A stretch of DNA of 64,000 nucleotides from Vulcanimicrobiota bacterium. GTDB lineage: Bacteria; Vulcanimicrobiota; Vulcanimicrobiia; Vulcanimicrobiales; Vulcanimicrobiaceae. This document shows positions 56,372-64,000 of this stretch, piece after piece. The notes beneath the pieces were generated by a model. It had not been told where the DNA came from and searched no databases. It worked only from the letters and a program-made list of their open reading frames with translations. The translations under genes and the position numbers were made by a program. The DNA lies in NCBI GenBank assembly GCA_963786105.1, contig CAWAXX010000018.1, positions 49,981 to 113,980 on the forward strand, read 5' to 3'. How positions within the stretch are numbered: the stretch's first letter is position 1; every line of letters starts with the position of its first letter.

Positions 56372-56414
56372 GTCATCCTGTGCGGAGCGAGCGTTAGCGA
56401 GCGGAGTCGAAGGA
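56372..56414 (+). repeat. 43-nt repeat, copy E
   Basis: GTCATCCTGTGCGGAGCGAGCGTTAGCGAGCGGAGTCGAAGGA, between convergent gene ends. Its right half encodes the last 7 codons (ASFDSAR) and the stop of arsC on the other strand. Confidence 0.7.
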
Positions 56415-56843
56415 CGCATCGCACACCTCGGTGCACCACGCCTTTACGGCATCGCGTATCTGGTCTCGAATGACCCGTGTCTGCGCGAGGCGTTCTTGCG
56501 CCGAACCCTGTAACGTTGCGGGATCCGCAAAGGTCCAATGAAGCCGTCGAGCCTTACCCGGGAACACCGGGCAGCGTTCGGCGTTGGTTTCGTCGCACAC
56601 CGTAATCACGTACGAGTACGTCTTGCCGGACTTGAAAAGATCGAACGCACTCTTGGTCGCGTTCTTGGAAATGTCGATCCCCGCTTCTTGCATCACGGCA
56701 ACCGCAAGCGGATCGAGCGTCCCGGGCTCCAGCCCGGCACTCTCGGCCGCGAATTCGTCCGGACAGATACTCGTAAGGAACGCTTCGGCCATTTGACTGC
56801 GGGCCGAGTTGCGCACGCATACGAACAGGACCTCGCGTTTCAT
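56394..56843 (-). CDS. arsC: arsenate reductase, LMW-PTPase/thioredoxin-coupled type
   Basis: ATG 56843 (AAGGA upstream). P-loop CVRNSARS. Downstream Cys pair in VITVCDETNAERCP. Confidence 0.88.
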   Translation of the reverse strand: MKREVLFVCVRNSARSQMAEAFLTSICPDEFAAESAGLEPGTLDPLAVAVMQEAGIDISKNATKSAFDLFKSGKTYSYVITVCDETNAERCPVFPGKARRLHWTFADPATLQGSAQERLAQTRVIRDQIRDAVKAWCTEVCDASFDSAR

Positions 56844-56856
56844 ATGGGCCGTCCTT

Positions 56857-57567
56857 TCAGGTTGCACTCGATTTGCTGCCGCGAGGAAGCAAGACCGTGT
56901 CGATGCGGGACTCATTTTTCGGCGCTAGGAATCGAAAGAGAAACGTCGCGGCGACCGCACCTAGTAGCTCCGCGACGACGAACGCCGGTGCGTCCTGCGG
57001 CCGGATACCGGCAAACGTGTCCGACAACGAGCGGGCGATCGTCACGGCCGGGTTGGCGAACGATGTTGACGACGTAAACCAATACGCCGCCACGATGTAG
57101 GCCCCAACGGCGACGGGAACGTAGGCCGAGCGAAAGCGCACGCAGCCCCAGATCACCAACAGCAAACCGAACGTCGCGACGAACTCGGCCAACCATTCGT
57201 TCGGGCCGCTACGGGCGCGGTGCGAAGCAAAGAAAAGCGGCAGCCCAAACATGGCGTTGGCAAGAGCGACCCCGGCAACGGCGCCAAAGAGTTGCGCTAG
57301 GACGTATACCGGCAGCTCGCGCCAAGGCAAACCTCTCTGCAAGGCGTTCGCCAGCGACACCGCGGGATTGAAATGCGCCCCCGATATGGATCCCAGCGCG
57401 GCGATCAAACACACCAAAACCGCGCCGGTCGCGATCGTGTTCGCAAGAAGTGCAATGGCGAGATTCCCGCCGCTCAGCCGTTCCGCCATGATACCCGAAC
57501 CGACGATGGCGGCCAAAAGAAACATCGTTCCCAACGCTTCCGCAGCGCTACGCCGAAGCAGCGTCAT
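56857..57567 (-). CDS. MIP-family channel (aquaglyceroporin-like, probable arsenite channel)
   Basis: Two NPA boxes (HFNPAV, FANPAV), six TM segments. Embedded in the ars operon. Confidence 0.88.
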   Translation of the reverse strand: MTLLRRSAAEALGTMFLLAAIVGSGIMAERLSGGNLAIALLANTIATGAVLVCLIAALGSISGAHFNPAVSLANALQRGLPWRELPVYVLAQLFGAVAGVALANAMFGLPLFFASHRARSGPNEWLAEFVATFGLLLVIWGCVRFRSAYVPVAVGAYIVAAYWFTSSTSFANPAVTIARSLSDTFAGIRPQDAPAFVVAELLGAVAATFLFRFLAPKNESRIDTVLLPRGSKSSAT

Positions 57568-57579
57568 TCTCCGCGCCAG

Positions 57580-58008
57580 CTACGCGACGCAACAAACGTG
57601 CGGTTCTTCGGCGACGCAGCACGTCGTATCGCCGTCGCGCTCCAGCGTATCCTCTTGGACGGCGTAGACTTCCCAACGGCGGCCCGAAGGATCGATGGCC
57701 CACACCTTCGTTTGATTGGCATAGCAGCAGGTCGCCTCGCGTTCGATCGAGGAAACGAGGCCCGCGACTTCGAGGCGGGCTATGGCCCGCTCTACGTCGG
57801 CGACCGCGTCGACGCATATGCCGTAATGCGCGTCGGTTGATGCGGAAACCGAGTCGGTCAGGTCGAGCGCCAGCTCCAGTCCGGGCTGCTCGGTAACGAA
57901 CAGGGCATAATCGGAGAAGAGCTTCACCGGCGCCGCATCGAGCAGCGTCGAGTAGAATGCGACGCTGCCCGCCAGATCGCCGGTCGCGAGATTCAGATGA
58001 ACTTTCAT
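57580..58008 (-). CDS. arsI: ArsI/CadI-family VOC (glyoxalase-fold) metalloenzyme, probable C-As lyase
   Basis: VOC fold; vicinal cysteines in EATCCYANQTKVWAIDP as in ArsI. Cys-rich tail TTCCVAEEPHVCCVA. Confidence 0.8.
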   Translation of the reverse strand: MKVHLNLATGDLAGSVAFYSTLLDAAPVKLFSDYALFVTEQPGLELALDLTDSVSASTDAHYGICVDAVADVERAIARLEVAGLVSSIEREATCCYANQTKVWAIDPSGRRWEVYAVQEDTLERDGDTTCCVAEEPHVCCVA

Positions 58009-58334
58009 GCTTCGACTTTCTGTTGCAAGACCTCAGCGAGGACATCGTTGAGCCGTACGAGCGCGTCCGCGGCCAAGCGATAATAGACCCACGTTCCACG
58101 CCGCTCGCACGTCACTAAGCGCGCGTCGCGCAAGACGCGGAGATGATGCGACACGGTGGGCTGGTTCAACGGTAGCGCCGCCGTGAAATCGCAAACGCAT
58201 ACCTCATCCGCAGATGCCAAGGTCGCGAGAATCGTGAGCCGATAAGGGTCGCCGAGCGCCCTAAAAAGTGCAGCGCCCGGCTCGAACCCTGCCCGAACGA
58301 TCTTTGCCGGAGGACAGCATCGCTGTATCGACAT
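58005..58334 (-). CDS. arsR: ArsR/SmtB-family metalloregulator
   Basis: VCVCDF metal-site motif, HTH LNQPTVSHHLRVLRDARLV. Confidence 0.92.
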   Translation of the reverse strand: MSIQRCCPPAKIVRAGFEPGAALFRALGDPYRLTILATLASADEVCVCDFTAALPLNQPTVSHHLRVLRDARLVTCERRGTWVYYRLAADALVRLNDVLAEVLQQKVEA

Positions 58335-58340
58335 TCCTCG

Positions 58341-58370
58341 ATTCTAGGCAACTGCATCGAACTTTGTCAA
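58341..58370 (-). promoter_or_regulatory. sigma70-type promoter of the ars operon (TTGACA-18-TAGAAT), predicts a leaderless arsR mRNA
   Basis: Minus strand reads TTGACAaagttcgatgcagttgccTAGAATcgaggaATG. Only 6 nt separate the -10 box from the arsR ATG. Confidence 0.6.
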
Positions 58371-58381
58371 TACAGCATCGC

Positions 58382-58409
58382 AAAAAAAAAAGCCCGCCGT
58401 TAGGCGGGC
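58382..58409 (-). terminator. intrinsic terminator of clpX (stop codon in the loop)
   Basis: Minus strand is GCCCGCC-TAAC-GGCGGGC followed by T10. The 5' arm is the last two clpX codons and the TAA stop sits in the loop. Confidence 0.85.
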
Positions 58410-59659
58410 ATGTCCTTTTTCTGCTCTTGCTGATAGATGAGCGTCGGCGACTCTTTCTTCTCGATCACGTCCTTGTTGACGATGCACTTCTTGACGCCTT
58501 GCAACGACGGCAAATCGTACATGACCTCCAGCATCGTTTCCTCGAGAATCGAACGGAGTCCGCGCGCGCCGGTCTTGCGGCTTTGCGCCTTGATCGCGAT
58601 CGCAACCAGGGCCTCCTTCGTGAACTGGAGGTCGACGCCGTCCATATTCATGATCTTCTGGAACTGGCGTACCAGCGCGTTGCGCGGCTCGGTCAAGATC
58701 CGCCGCAGCGCCAACTCGTCGAGCGCGTCGAGGGTTACCACGATCGGCAACCGTCCGATGAACTCCGGGATCAGCCCGAACTTCAAGAGATCCTCCGGCA
58801 TCAACTGCTGAAGCAGCTTGCCGATGCGCGCGTCCCGCTTGCCTTCGGGCTGCGCGCGAAACCCCATGTTGTTCGCCGCAACGCGCGACTCGATAATCCG
58901 TTCCAGTCCATCGAACGCGCCACCGCAGATGAACAGCACGTTGGTGGTGTCGATCTGGATGAACTCCTGATGCGGGTGCTTGCGCCCACCCTGCGGCGGA
59001 ACGTTGGCGGTCGTTCCCTCGAGAATCTTGAGAAGCGCCTGCTGCACGCCTTCGCCGGAGACGTCGCGCGTGATCGACGGGTTCTCGCTTTTGCGAGCAA
59101 TCTTATCGATCTCATCGATGTAGACGATCCCCTTTTCGGCGCGCTTGACGTCGTAGTCGGCCGCCTGGATCAGCTTGAGGAGAATATTTTCGACGTCTTC
59201 TCCCACGTAGCCGGCTTCCGTGAGCGACGTCGCATCGGCCATCGCCAGCGGAACGTCGAGAATTTTTGCGAGGGTTTGCGCCAGATATGTCTTGCCCGAT
59301 CCGGTCGGACCCACCAGCAGAATGTTCGACTTTTGCAGTTCGACGTCGTCGGTTCCGCCGGCGTTGATGCGCTTGTAGTGGTTGTACACCGCTACCGCGA
59401 GCGATTTCTTTGCCCGCTCCTGACCGATGACGTACTGGTTGAGGATGTGATTTATTTCTTTGGGCTTGGGGATGTTGCGCAAGCGCAGGTTCTCGTCGAC
59501 GTTCTTGTAGAGCTCTTCTTCGATGATCTCGTTGCAGAGCTCGATGCATTCGTCGCAAATGTAGACCCCGGGGCCCGCGATCAACTTGCGCACTTGCTCC
59601 TGCGATTTTCCGCAGAAGCTGCACTTCAGCTGACCTTTTTCATCTCCAAAGCGGAACAT
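58400..59659 (-). CDS. clpX: ATP-dependent Clp protease ATP-binding subunit ClpX
   Basis: Zinc finger CSFCGK..CDECI, Walker [19 protein letters not shown]. Confidence 0.98.
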   Translation of the reverse strand: MFRFGDEKGQLKCSFCGKSQEQVRKLIAGPGVYICDECIELCNEIIEEELYKNVDENLRLRNIPKPKEINHILNQYVIGQERAKKSLAVAVYNHYKRINAGGTDDVELQKSNILLVGPTGSGKTYLAQTLAKILDVPLAMADATSLTEAGYVGEDVENILLKLIQAADYDVKRAEKGIVYIDEIDKIARKSENPSITRDVSGEGVQQALLKILEGTTANVPPQGGRKHPHQEFIQIDTTNVLFICGGAFDGLERIIESRVAANNMGFRAQPEGKRDARIGKLLQQLMPEDLLKFGLIPEFIGRLPIVVTLDALDELALRRILTEPRNALVRQFQKIMNMDGVDLQFTKEALVAIAIKAQSRKTGARGLRSILEETMLEVMYDLPSLQGVKKCIVNKDVIEKKESPTLIYQQEQKKDMPA

Positions 59660-59687
59660 CTGCGCGCGGGTTTCCTCCTCGATCCCT

Positions 59688-60296
59688 CTAGGCCGGCGCC
59701 GGCAAGCTGTGACGGTCTTCGAGAATCTGGTCGATTATCCCGTAATCCTTCGCTTCCTCAGCCGTCATGTAATAGTCCCGGTCGATGTCCCGCAACACTT
59801 GCTCCAGCGGCTTTTTGGTGGTTTCTTCGTAGATTCGTGCGACCGTCTGCCGGGTCGCGATCAGGTCGCGCGCGGCGATTTCTACGTCGGTGGCCTGGCC
59901 GCCGATCTGCGATACCCACGGCTGATGGATCAGAATCTTCGCGTGCGGAAGAGCGTAGCGCTTGCCGGCGGCGCCGCCCGTGAGCAGAATCGAGCCCATA
60001 GAAGCAGCCATGCCCATGCATATCGTGGCCACGTCGGGCTTGATGAACCGCATCGCATCGAACATCGCGAGGCCTGCGGTCACGCTGCCGCCCGGCGAGT
60101 TCACGTACATGTCGATGTCCTTGTCGGGGTCTTCTTTCTCCAAGAACAGCAACTGCGCGATCGCGAGGTTGGCGAGGTGATCGTCGATCGGACCGCCCAC
60201 GAAAACGATCCGGTCTTTGAGCAGGCGCGAATAGATGTCGTACGCGCGTTCGCCGCGTGCCGTTTGCTCGACGACCATAGGAACCAGGTGTCCCAT
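59688..60296 (-). CDS. clpP: ATP-dependent Clp protease proteolytic subunit
   Basis: [19 protein letters not shown] active-site Ser, ILIHQP. Confidence 0.98.
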   Translation of the reverse strand: MGHLVPMVVEQTARGERAYDIYSRLLKDRIVFVGGPIDDHLANLAIAQLLFLEKEDPDKDIDMYVNSPGGSVTAGLAMFDAMRFIKPDVATICMGMAASMGSILLTGGAAGKRYALPHAKILIHQPWVSQIGGQATDVEIAARDLIATRQTVARIYEETTKKPLEQVLRDIDRDYYMTAEEAKDYGIIDQILEDRHSLPAPA

Positions 60297-60389
60297 ATCC
60301 TTCTTTACTCTTTCCTTCTTATTGGTAAGCCGCCTCAGGGCGCTCGCCTGCTGTAACTACGACGCCGGCCCTAGGGTTTCTTCGTGATA

Positions 60390-61667
60390 CTATTCGGGAC
60401 TCGTGACCTCGGCGTGGTCGACGAGGAACTCAAGCGTCTTGTTCCTGACGATGCCTTCCATCAGCGACAACACATTGCTGCCCAGCGCTTTGCGTACCTT
60501 GGCAACCGGCTGCCGGTACTGCCGCGCCAACGCGTCGAGTTCTTCGGCGATATCCGCCGGCGTTGCGACGATGTTTTCCTTTTTCGCAATTTGCTCCACG
60601 AGCAGGGTGGTCTTGACGCGCACTTGCGCATCGGCCCGGTACTGTGCGCGCAGCTCTTCCTCGCTTTTTCCGAGCTGTACCAGATATTGCTCGAACTCGA
60701 CACCGGCGCGCGCGGCCGCCGAAGCGGCGTCGTTCATGAGGTGATCGAGTTCCGCGTCGACCATCGTTTCCGGAAGCGCGAAGTCGTGCTCGCGTACGAG
60801 CGAATCGAGGACCGCGTTGGCGACGCCGCGGCGTTCGCGCGACGCGGAGATCGCTTCGAGCCGCCGTCGAACGTCGGCGCGCAGCTCTGCGACGGTGCGG
60901 TTGTCGGATACGCTCGCCGCGAATTCGTCGTCGATCTCGGGCAAGTCGAACCGTTTGACGTCGCGCAGCGCCACCGTAAATACGGCGTCTTTTCCGGCAA
61001 GCTCCGGCTGCGCGTAGCCGTCGGGGAACTGCGCCGCGACGTCCTTGGTTTCGCCGGCGCTCATGCCGACGATTCCCGCCACGAACCCCGGGATGAAACG
61101 CCCTTCGGTCAGCTCGGTCGATTCGCCGGACGCGCTCCCACCCTCGAAGACGACGCCATCGATTTTCCCCTCGTAATCGAGCGTGACCACGTCGCCCAGT
61201 TGAGCGGGACGCTCGACCGGAACGAGCATCGCGCGCTCCTTCGCCAAGGCCTGCAGGCTACGTTCGACGTCGTCGTCGGTTACGACGACCGCCGGTCGGC
61301 TAACCGGAACCCCCTTGTATTGTTGCAGAACGATCTCGGGACGCACTTCGACGGTCGCCTTCACCCGGGTGGGGCGCCCGTCGGTTTCTTCCAGCACTTC
61401 CATCTTGGGGCGGTTAACCGGCTCGAGGTCATGCTCGCGGACCGCCTTGGCGTACACCTCCGGCACGACTTCTTCCACCGCTTGGCTGGTGATGGCGTTG
61501 GAACCGTAGGCTTGCTCGAAAACCTTTCTCGGCACTTTACCCTGGCGAAACCCGGGCAGGCGCACGTTCTTGACCAGCTTGCGAAACGCGCGCTCCTCGG
61601 CAGCCGCCAGCTCGTCCAGGCCGATTGGAATTTCGAGCTCCACCTGGGTCGGGGCGAGTCGGGTCAT
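60390..61667 (-). CDS. tig: trigger factor
   Basis: ATG 61667. VRLPGFRQGKVPRKV, PPIase-like middle domain. tig-clpP-clpX order. Confidence 0.93.
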   Translation of the reverse strand: MTRLAPTQVELEIPIGLDELAAAEERAFRKLVKNVRLPGFRQGKVPRKVFEQAYGSNAITSQAVEEVVPEVYAKAVREHDLEPVNRPKMEVLEETDGRPTRVKATVEVRPEIVLQQYKGVPVSRPAVVVTDDDVERSLQALAKERAMLVPVERPAQLGDVVTLDYEGKIDGVVFEGGSASGESTELTEGRFIPGFVAGIVGMSAGETKDVAAQFPDGYAQPELAGKDAVFTVALRDVKRFDLPEIDDEFAASVSDNRTVAELRADVRRRLEAISASRERRGVANAVLDSLVREHDFALPETMVDAELDHLMNDAASAAARAGVEFEQYLVQLGKSEEELRAQYRADAQVRVKTTLLVEQIAKKENIVATPADIAEELDALARQYRQPVAKVRKALGSNVLSLMEGIVRNKTLEFLVDHAEVTSPE

Positions 61668-61734
61668 CGTCGAGGTGGACAGGTCGGCTGTGCTCCTATA
61701 AAGGCGTGCATTGGCGTCGGCCTTCGCCTGCAAA

Positions 61735-61760
61735 CGAGGGGCCCCTGGAGGGGCCCCTCG
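61735..61760 (-). terminator. perfect 26-nt palindrome downstream of tRNA-Gly (terminator-like hairpin)
   Basis: Minus strand is CGAGGGGCCCCT-CC-AGGGGCCCCTCG followed by TTTGC. 10 nt after the tRNA-Gly CCA end. The T tract is short. Confidence 0.45.
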
Positions 61761-61770
61761 CGCCAAGCGA

Positions 61771-61845
61771 TGGAGCGGAAGACGAGATTCGAACTCGCGA
61801 CCCTCGCCTTGGCAAGGCGATGCTCTACCACTGAGCTACTTCCGC
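61771..61845 (-). tRNA. tRNA-Gly (anticodon GCC), CCA encoded
   Basis: GCGGAAGTAGCTCAGTGGTAGAGCATCGCCTTGCCAAGGCGAGGGTCGCGAGTTCGAATCTCGTCTTCCGCTCCA; cloverleaf folded by hand. Confidence 0.95.
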
Positions 61846-61874
61846 ACGTCGCTACCGATCGCTTTGGACCGGCG

Positions 61875-61956
61875 TGGGCAAGCAGAGACTCGAACTCTGA
61901 CGGGTTGCCCCACTGGAACCTAAATCCAGCGCGTCTGCCAGTTCCGCCACATGCCC
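61875..61956 (-). tRNA. tRNA-Leu (anticodon TAG), long variable arm, no encoded CCA
   Basis: GGGCATGTGGCGGAACTGGCAGACGCGCTGGATTTAGGTTCCAGTGGGGCAACCCGTCAGAGTTCGAGTCTCTGCTTGCCCA. One T:T mismatch at acceptor pair 6:67. Confidence 0.9.
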
Positions 61957-62041
61957 TGCTCGCTGGTTCGCGGCGAACCCCGTTAAATAGAACGCCTCGG
62001 GTGCTTTTCCTCCCCGTGTTATTTCAAGGCGAAAGCGGCTG

Positions 62042-62575
62042 CTACCGCGTGACGTAAACCGGTAGCTTCTGATTTTTGGGGCAGCTCGCGTTCGAGCACT
62101 TCACGCTGAGCAACTGATAGTAGTGGGCGGGTTTGATCGTCTTCGAAGCCGTGACCGTTTCGGTGGTCGGGTTGCCGGGGTTAGGCTTGAATGAACCCTT
62201 TAATCCCGGATTGCTCATCTTCGTCGACCACTGAACTTTCCCGCACGATATTTTTTTCGATCCTCGCTTGCACGTGACTTGGATCTTTAGTTGGCTCGAA
62301 CGTCCTTGCTTCACGCAAATCAGAGGAAACTTAGGATGCAAGCATGGATTCGAGTTTTCCGTTTCGGCCGGAACGGCTTCCGGCTCGGTCGAAGCGCCGC
62401 TGAGGACTCCCTGCGCCGCCGAGGAATCTGGCGTCGATTGCGACCATTGGTTTGCAAGATTCGCGCCGCCGCCGCTTGGCACGGTGCCGGCGCCCGAGCA
62501 ACCGGCGATGAGAAGCGAAAAGGCCGCGGCGCCAAGCGCGTAGCGGGCAGCGCGAACGTTGTCGTGGAGTTTCAC
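62042..62575 (-). CDS. small Lys/Cys-rich lipoprotein, unknown function, low-GC gene inside the tRNA cluster
   Basis: GTG 62575 with GGAGG 5 nt upstream. VKLHDNVRAARYALGAAAFSLLIAGC lipobox. The mature part has 7 Cys and many Lys. 62101..62340 is about 51% GC by hand count. Confidence 0.65.
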   Translation of the reverse strand: MKLHDNVRAARYALGAAAFSLLIAGCSGAGTVPSGGGANLANQWSQSTPDSSAAQGVLSGASTEPEAVPAETENSNPCLHPKFPLICVKQGRSSQLKIQVTCKRGSKKISCGKVQWSTKMSNPGLKGSFKPNPGNPTTETVTASKTIKPAHYYQLLSVKCSNASCPKNQKLPVYVTR

Positions 62576-62617
62576 CGGAGCCTCCAATGCGGAAATCCGC
62601 AAAAGCAGCGAGAGGTA

Positions 62618-62692
62618 TGGTGCACCGCGAGGGACTTGAACCCCCAACCAAGTGATTAAGAGTCACCTGCTCTACCATTGAGCTAGCGGTGC
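62618..62692 (-). tRNA. tRNA-Lys (anticodon CTT), CCA encoded
   Basis: GCACCGCTAGCTCAATGGTAGAGCAGGTGACTCTTAATCACTTGGTTGGGGGTTCAAGTCCCTCGCGGTGCACCA. Confidence 0.93.
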
Positions 62693-62698
62693 AAAACG

Positions 62699-62771
62699 TG
62701 CGCCCTCCGGGACTCGAACCCGGGACCAACGGCTTAAAAGGCCGCTGCTCTACCGACTGAGCTAAAGGCGC
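62699..62771 (-). tRNA. tRNA-Lys (anticodon TTT), no encoded CCA
   Basis: GCGCCTTTAGCTCAGTCGGTAGAGCAGCGGCCTTTTAAGCCGTTGGTCCCGGGTTCGAGTCCCGGAGGGCGCA. Only 6 nt from tRNA-Lys(CTT). Confidence 0.93.
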
Positions 62772-62826
62772 TCGCGCGGTTTTGAGCCCTCGACTTTACG
62801 CAGCCTCCGGTCGGGCGTCCTGCGAA

Positions 62827-62904
62827 TGGGGTGACCGACGGGAATTGAACCCGCGACCTCTCGAGTCACAGTCGAGCGCTCTGACCAGCTGAGCTACGGT
62901 CACC
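62827..62904 (-). tRNA. tRNA-His (anticodon GTG) with encoded G-1 and CCA
   Basis: GGTGACCGTAGCTCAGCTGGTCAGAGCGCTCGACTGTGACTCGAGAGGTCGCGGGTTCAATTCCCGTCGGTCACCCCA. Confidence 0.93.
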
Positions 62905-62951
62905 ACGATGTCGTCGATTCTAGCACGGCTCCGCGAAAGCCGGCGACCACT

Positions 62952-63025
<74 letters not shown>

Positions 63026-63075
63026 CTATCGGGGGCACGGCGCCCCGGTTAGAGTACCATGCCCGGGCAAGTGCG

Positions 63076-63153
63076 TGGTCGGGACGAGAAGATTCGAACT
63101 TCCGGCCTTTCGCTCCCAAAGCGAACGCTCTAACCAAGCTGAGCTACGTCCCG
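63076..63153 (-). tRNA. tRNA-Pro (anticodon TGG), CCA encoded
   Basis: CGGGACGTAGCTCAGCTTGGTTAGAGCGTTCGCTTTGGGAGCGAAAGGCCGGAAGTTCGAATCTTCTCGTCCCGACCA. Confidence 0.93.
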
Positions 63154-63237
63154 GCGCGGCGCTGCCGCCCGCCAAACTGACGAGCCGCTTTCCGTTGGTG
63201 GCAATTCTCTCCTCTACCGATTCACCGCTACTTCTAC

Positions 63238-64000
63238 TTAGAATAGCAATTGATGGTAACCGACGTAGTTGGCGAGATCCGGCAACGGTTCGTCACGGGC
63301 AATGGTGAATGCATCTTGGATTTGTAAGCCTGCTTGAAGCGCAGCGCGGGCGATCCGAACGTTTGAGCCGGGAACGAGCGCCGTGCACCACGTCGCGCCG
63401 TGCGTTCGCGCGAGCGTGACGAGTTCGAACGCAAGGATCTGCACGAGATACGCCGCAGAACTCGCCGCCAGCGGCCCGATCCGGCCGTCGGGCCAGACGT
63501 ACGCGTAGGCGACGAACTCGCCGTTTAGGAAGAACGCTTGTCCTGCGGCATCCCGCGCGAACCTTTCGTGATCGCTTGGCCGAACGACGCCGCGCGTCTC
63601 CCGATCCAGCGCATTGAGGCCGAAGGCGTGCGCCGTCGGATCGATCGTGTCGACGGCGAACCGGTAATCCCCGGCCGCCATACGCATGAGGCTTTCTTCG
63701 CGCGGAATCGCGCCGGCTAGGCGAACCACCAGCGCGCGAGGCGAGATGCCGCGGCGCAACGCGAGAGCCAGCCCGGCGGAATCGGCCGGATCCAGCACGA
63801 CGGCGCGAGCGGCGTCGCCCGCATCGGCGAAAACGGCGTCGAGAAGTTTGCCGCCGAGACCCTGTCCGCGATAGGACGGTTCCAAGAAGAGTTGGCCGGT
63901 GTATCGCTCGTCTCCAGAGCCGTGTGCGACCGCCAAGCCGACGGTTTCGCTTTCGTCGCGCGCAATCCACGCCATCCCGACAACCGCCGCTTGAAGTCCA
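63238..64000 (-). CDS. GNAT-family N-acetyltransferase (5' end probably beyond the window)
   Basis: Acetyl-CoA motif YRGQGLGGKLL only ~35 aa after the first Met. The reading frame stays open upstream to the window edge (..GLQAAVVG-MAWIARDE). A second GNAT-like half follows. Confidence 0.7.
   Translation of the reverse strand, partial: GLQAAVVGMAWIARDESETVGLAVAHGSGDERYTGQLFLEPSYRGQGLGGKLLDAVFADAGDAARAVVLDPADSAGLALALRRGISPRALVVRLAGAIPREESLMRMAAGDYRFAVDTIDPTAHAFGLNALDRETRGVVRPSDHERFARDAAGQAFFLNGEFVAYAYVWPDGRIGPLAASSAAYLVQILAFELVTLARTHGATWCTALVPGSNVRIARAALQAGLQIQDAFTIARDEPLPDLANYVGYHQLLF

Overview
High-GC (about 60-65% by eye) bacterial chromosomal segment. It is very densely coded: about 60 protein genes and 7 tRNAs, with no rRNA, CRISPR array, transposase or prophage. 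All calls come from reading the supplied translations and the DNA; no database search was run. Most of 7.8-45 kb is minus-strand housekeeping: panE, an mlaFED-type operon with rph, glmS, rpoZ-gmk, qor, a class III adenylate cyclase, queA, a SpoIID-like gene, ruvCAB, a PASTA Ser/Thr kinase with a PBP, carB, pdxH, DUF190-crcB, a MoxR/DUF58/VWA/BatD-like operon, carA-pyrC-pyrB-pyrR and valS. The right end carries arsR-arsI-MIP-arsC, clpX-clpP-tig, a seven-tRNA cluster and a partial GNAT gene. The least conventional content is listed here. (1) A LuxR-type regulator (45169..46467) is followed by a six-gene, translationally coupled operon (46624..56365). It encodes a SusC-like TonB-dependent receptor and five lipoproteins: one PstS-like, one DUF4397-like and three I cannot assign. 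(2) An MlaD/MCE protein is about three times the normal length, with a coiled-coil-like middle and a beta-rich C-terminus. (3) A 40-43 nt repeat family (GTCATCCTGAGCGGAG...GCAGTCGAAGGA) has five copies, two of which supply the C-terminal tail of RuvC. (4) An unannotated 36-codon membrane ORF. (5) An apparently leaderless arsR promoter sits next to a clpX terminator whose loop holds the stop codon. (6) A low-GC lipoprotein gene lies inside the tRNA cluster. (7) The first TonB-dependent receptor probably has a frameshift at its 3' end, at the window edge. Non-ATG starts and 4-nt start/stop overlaps are pervasive, so several start coordinates are inferred and uncertain.
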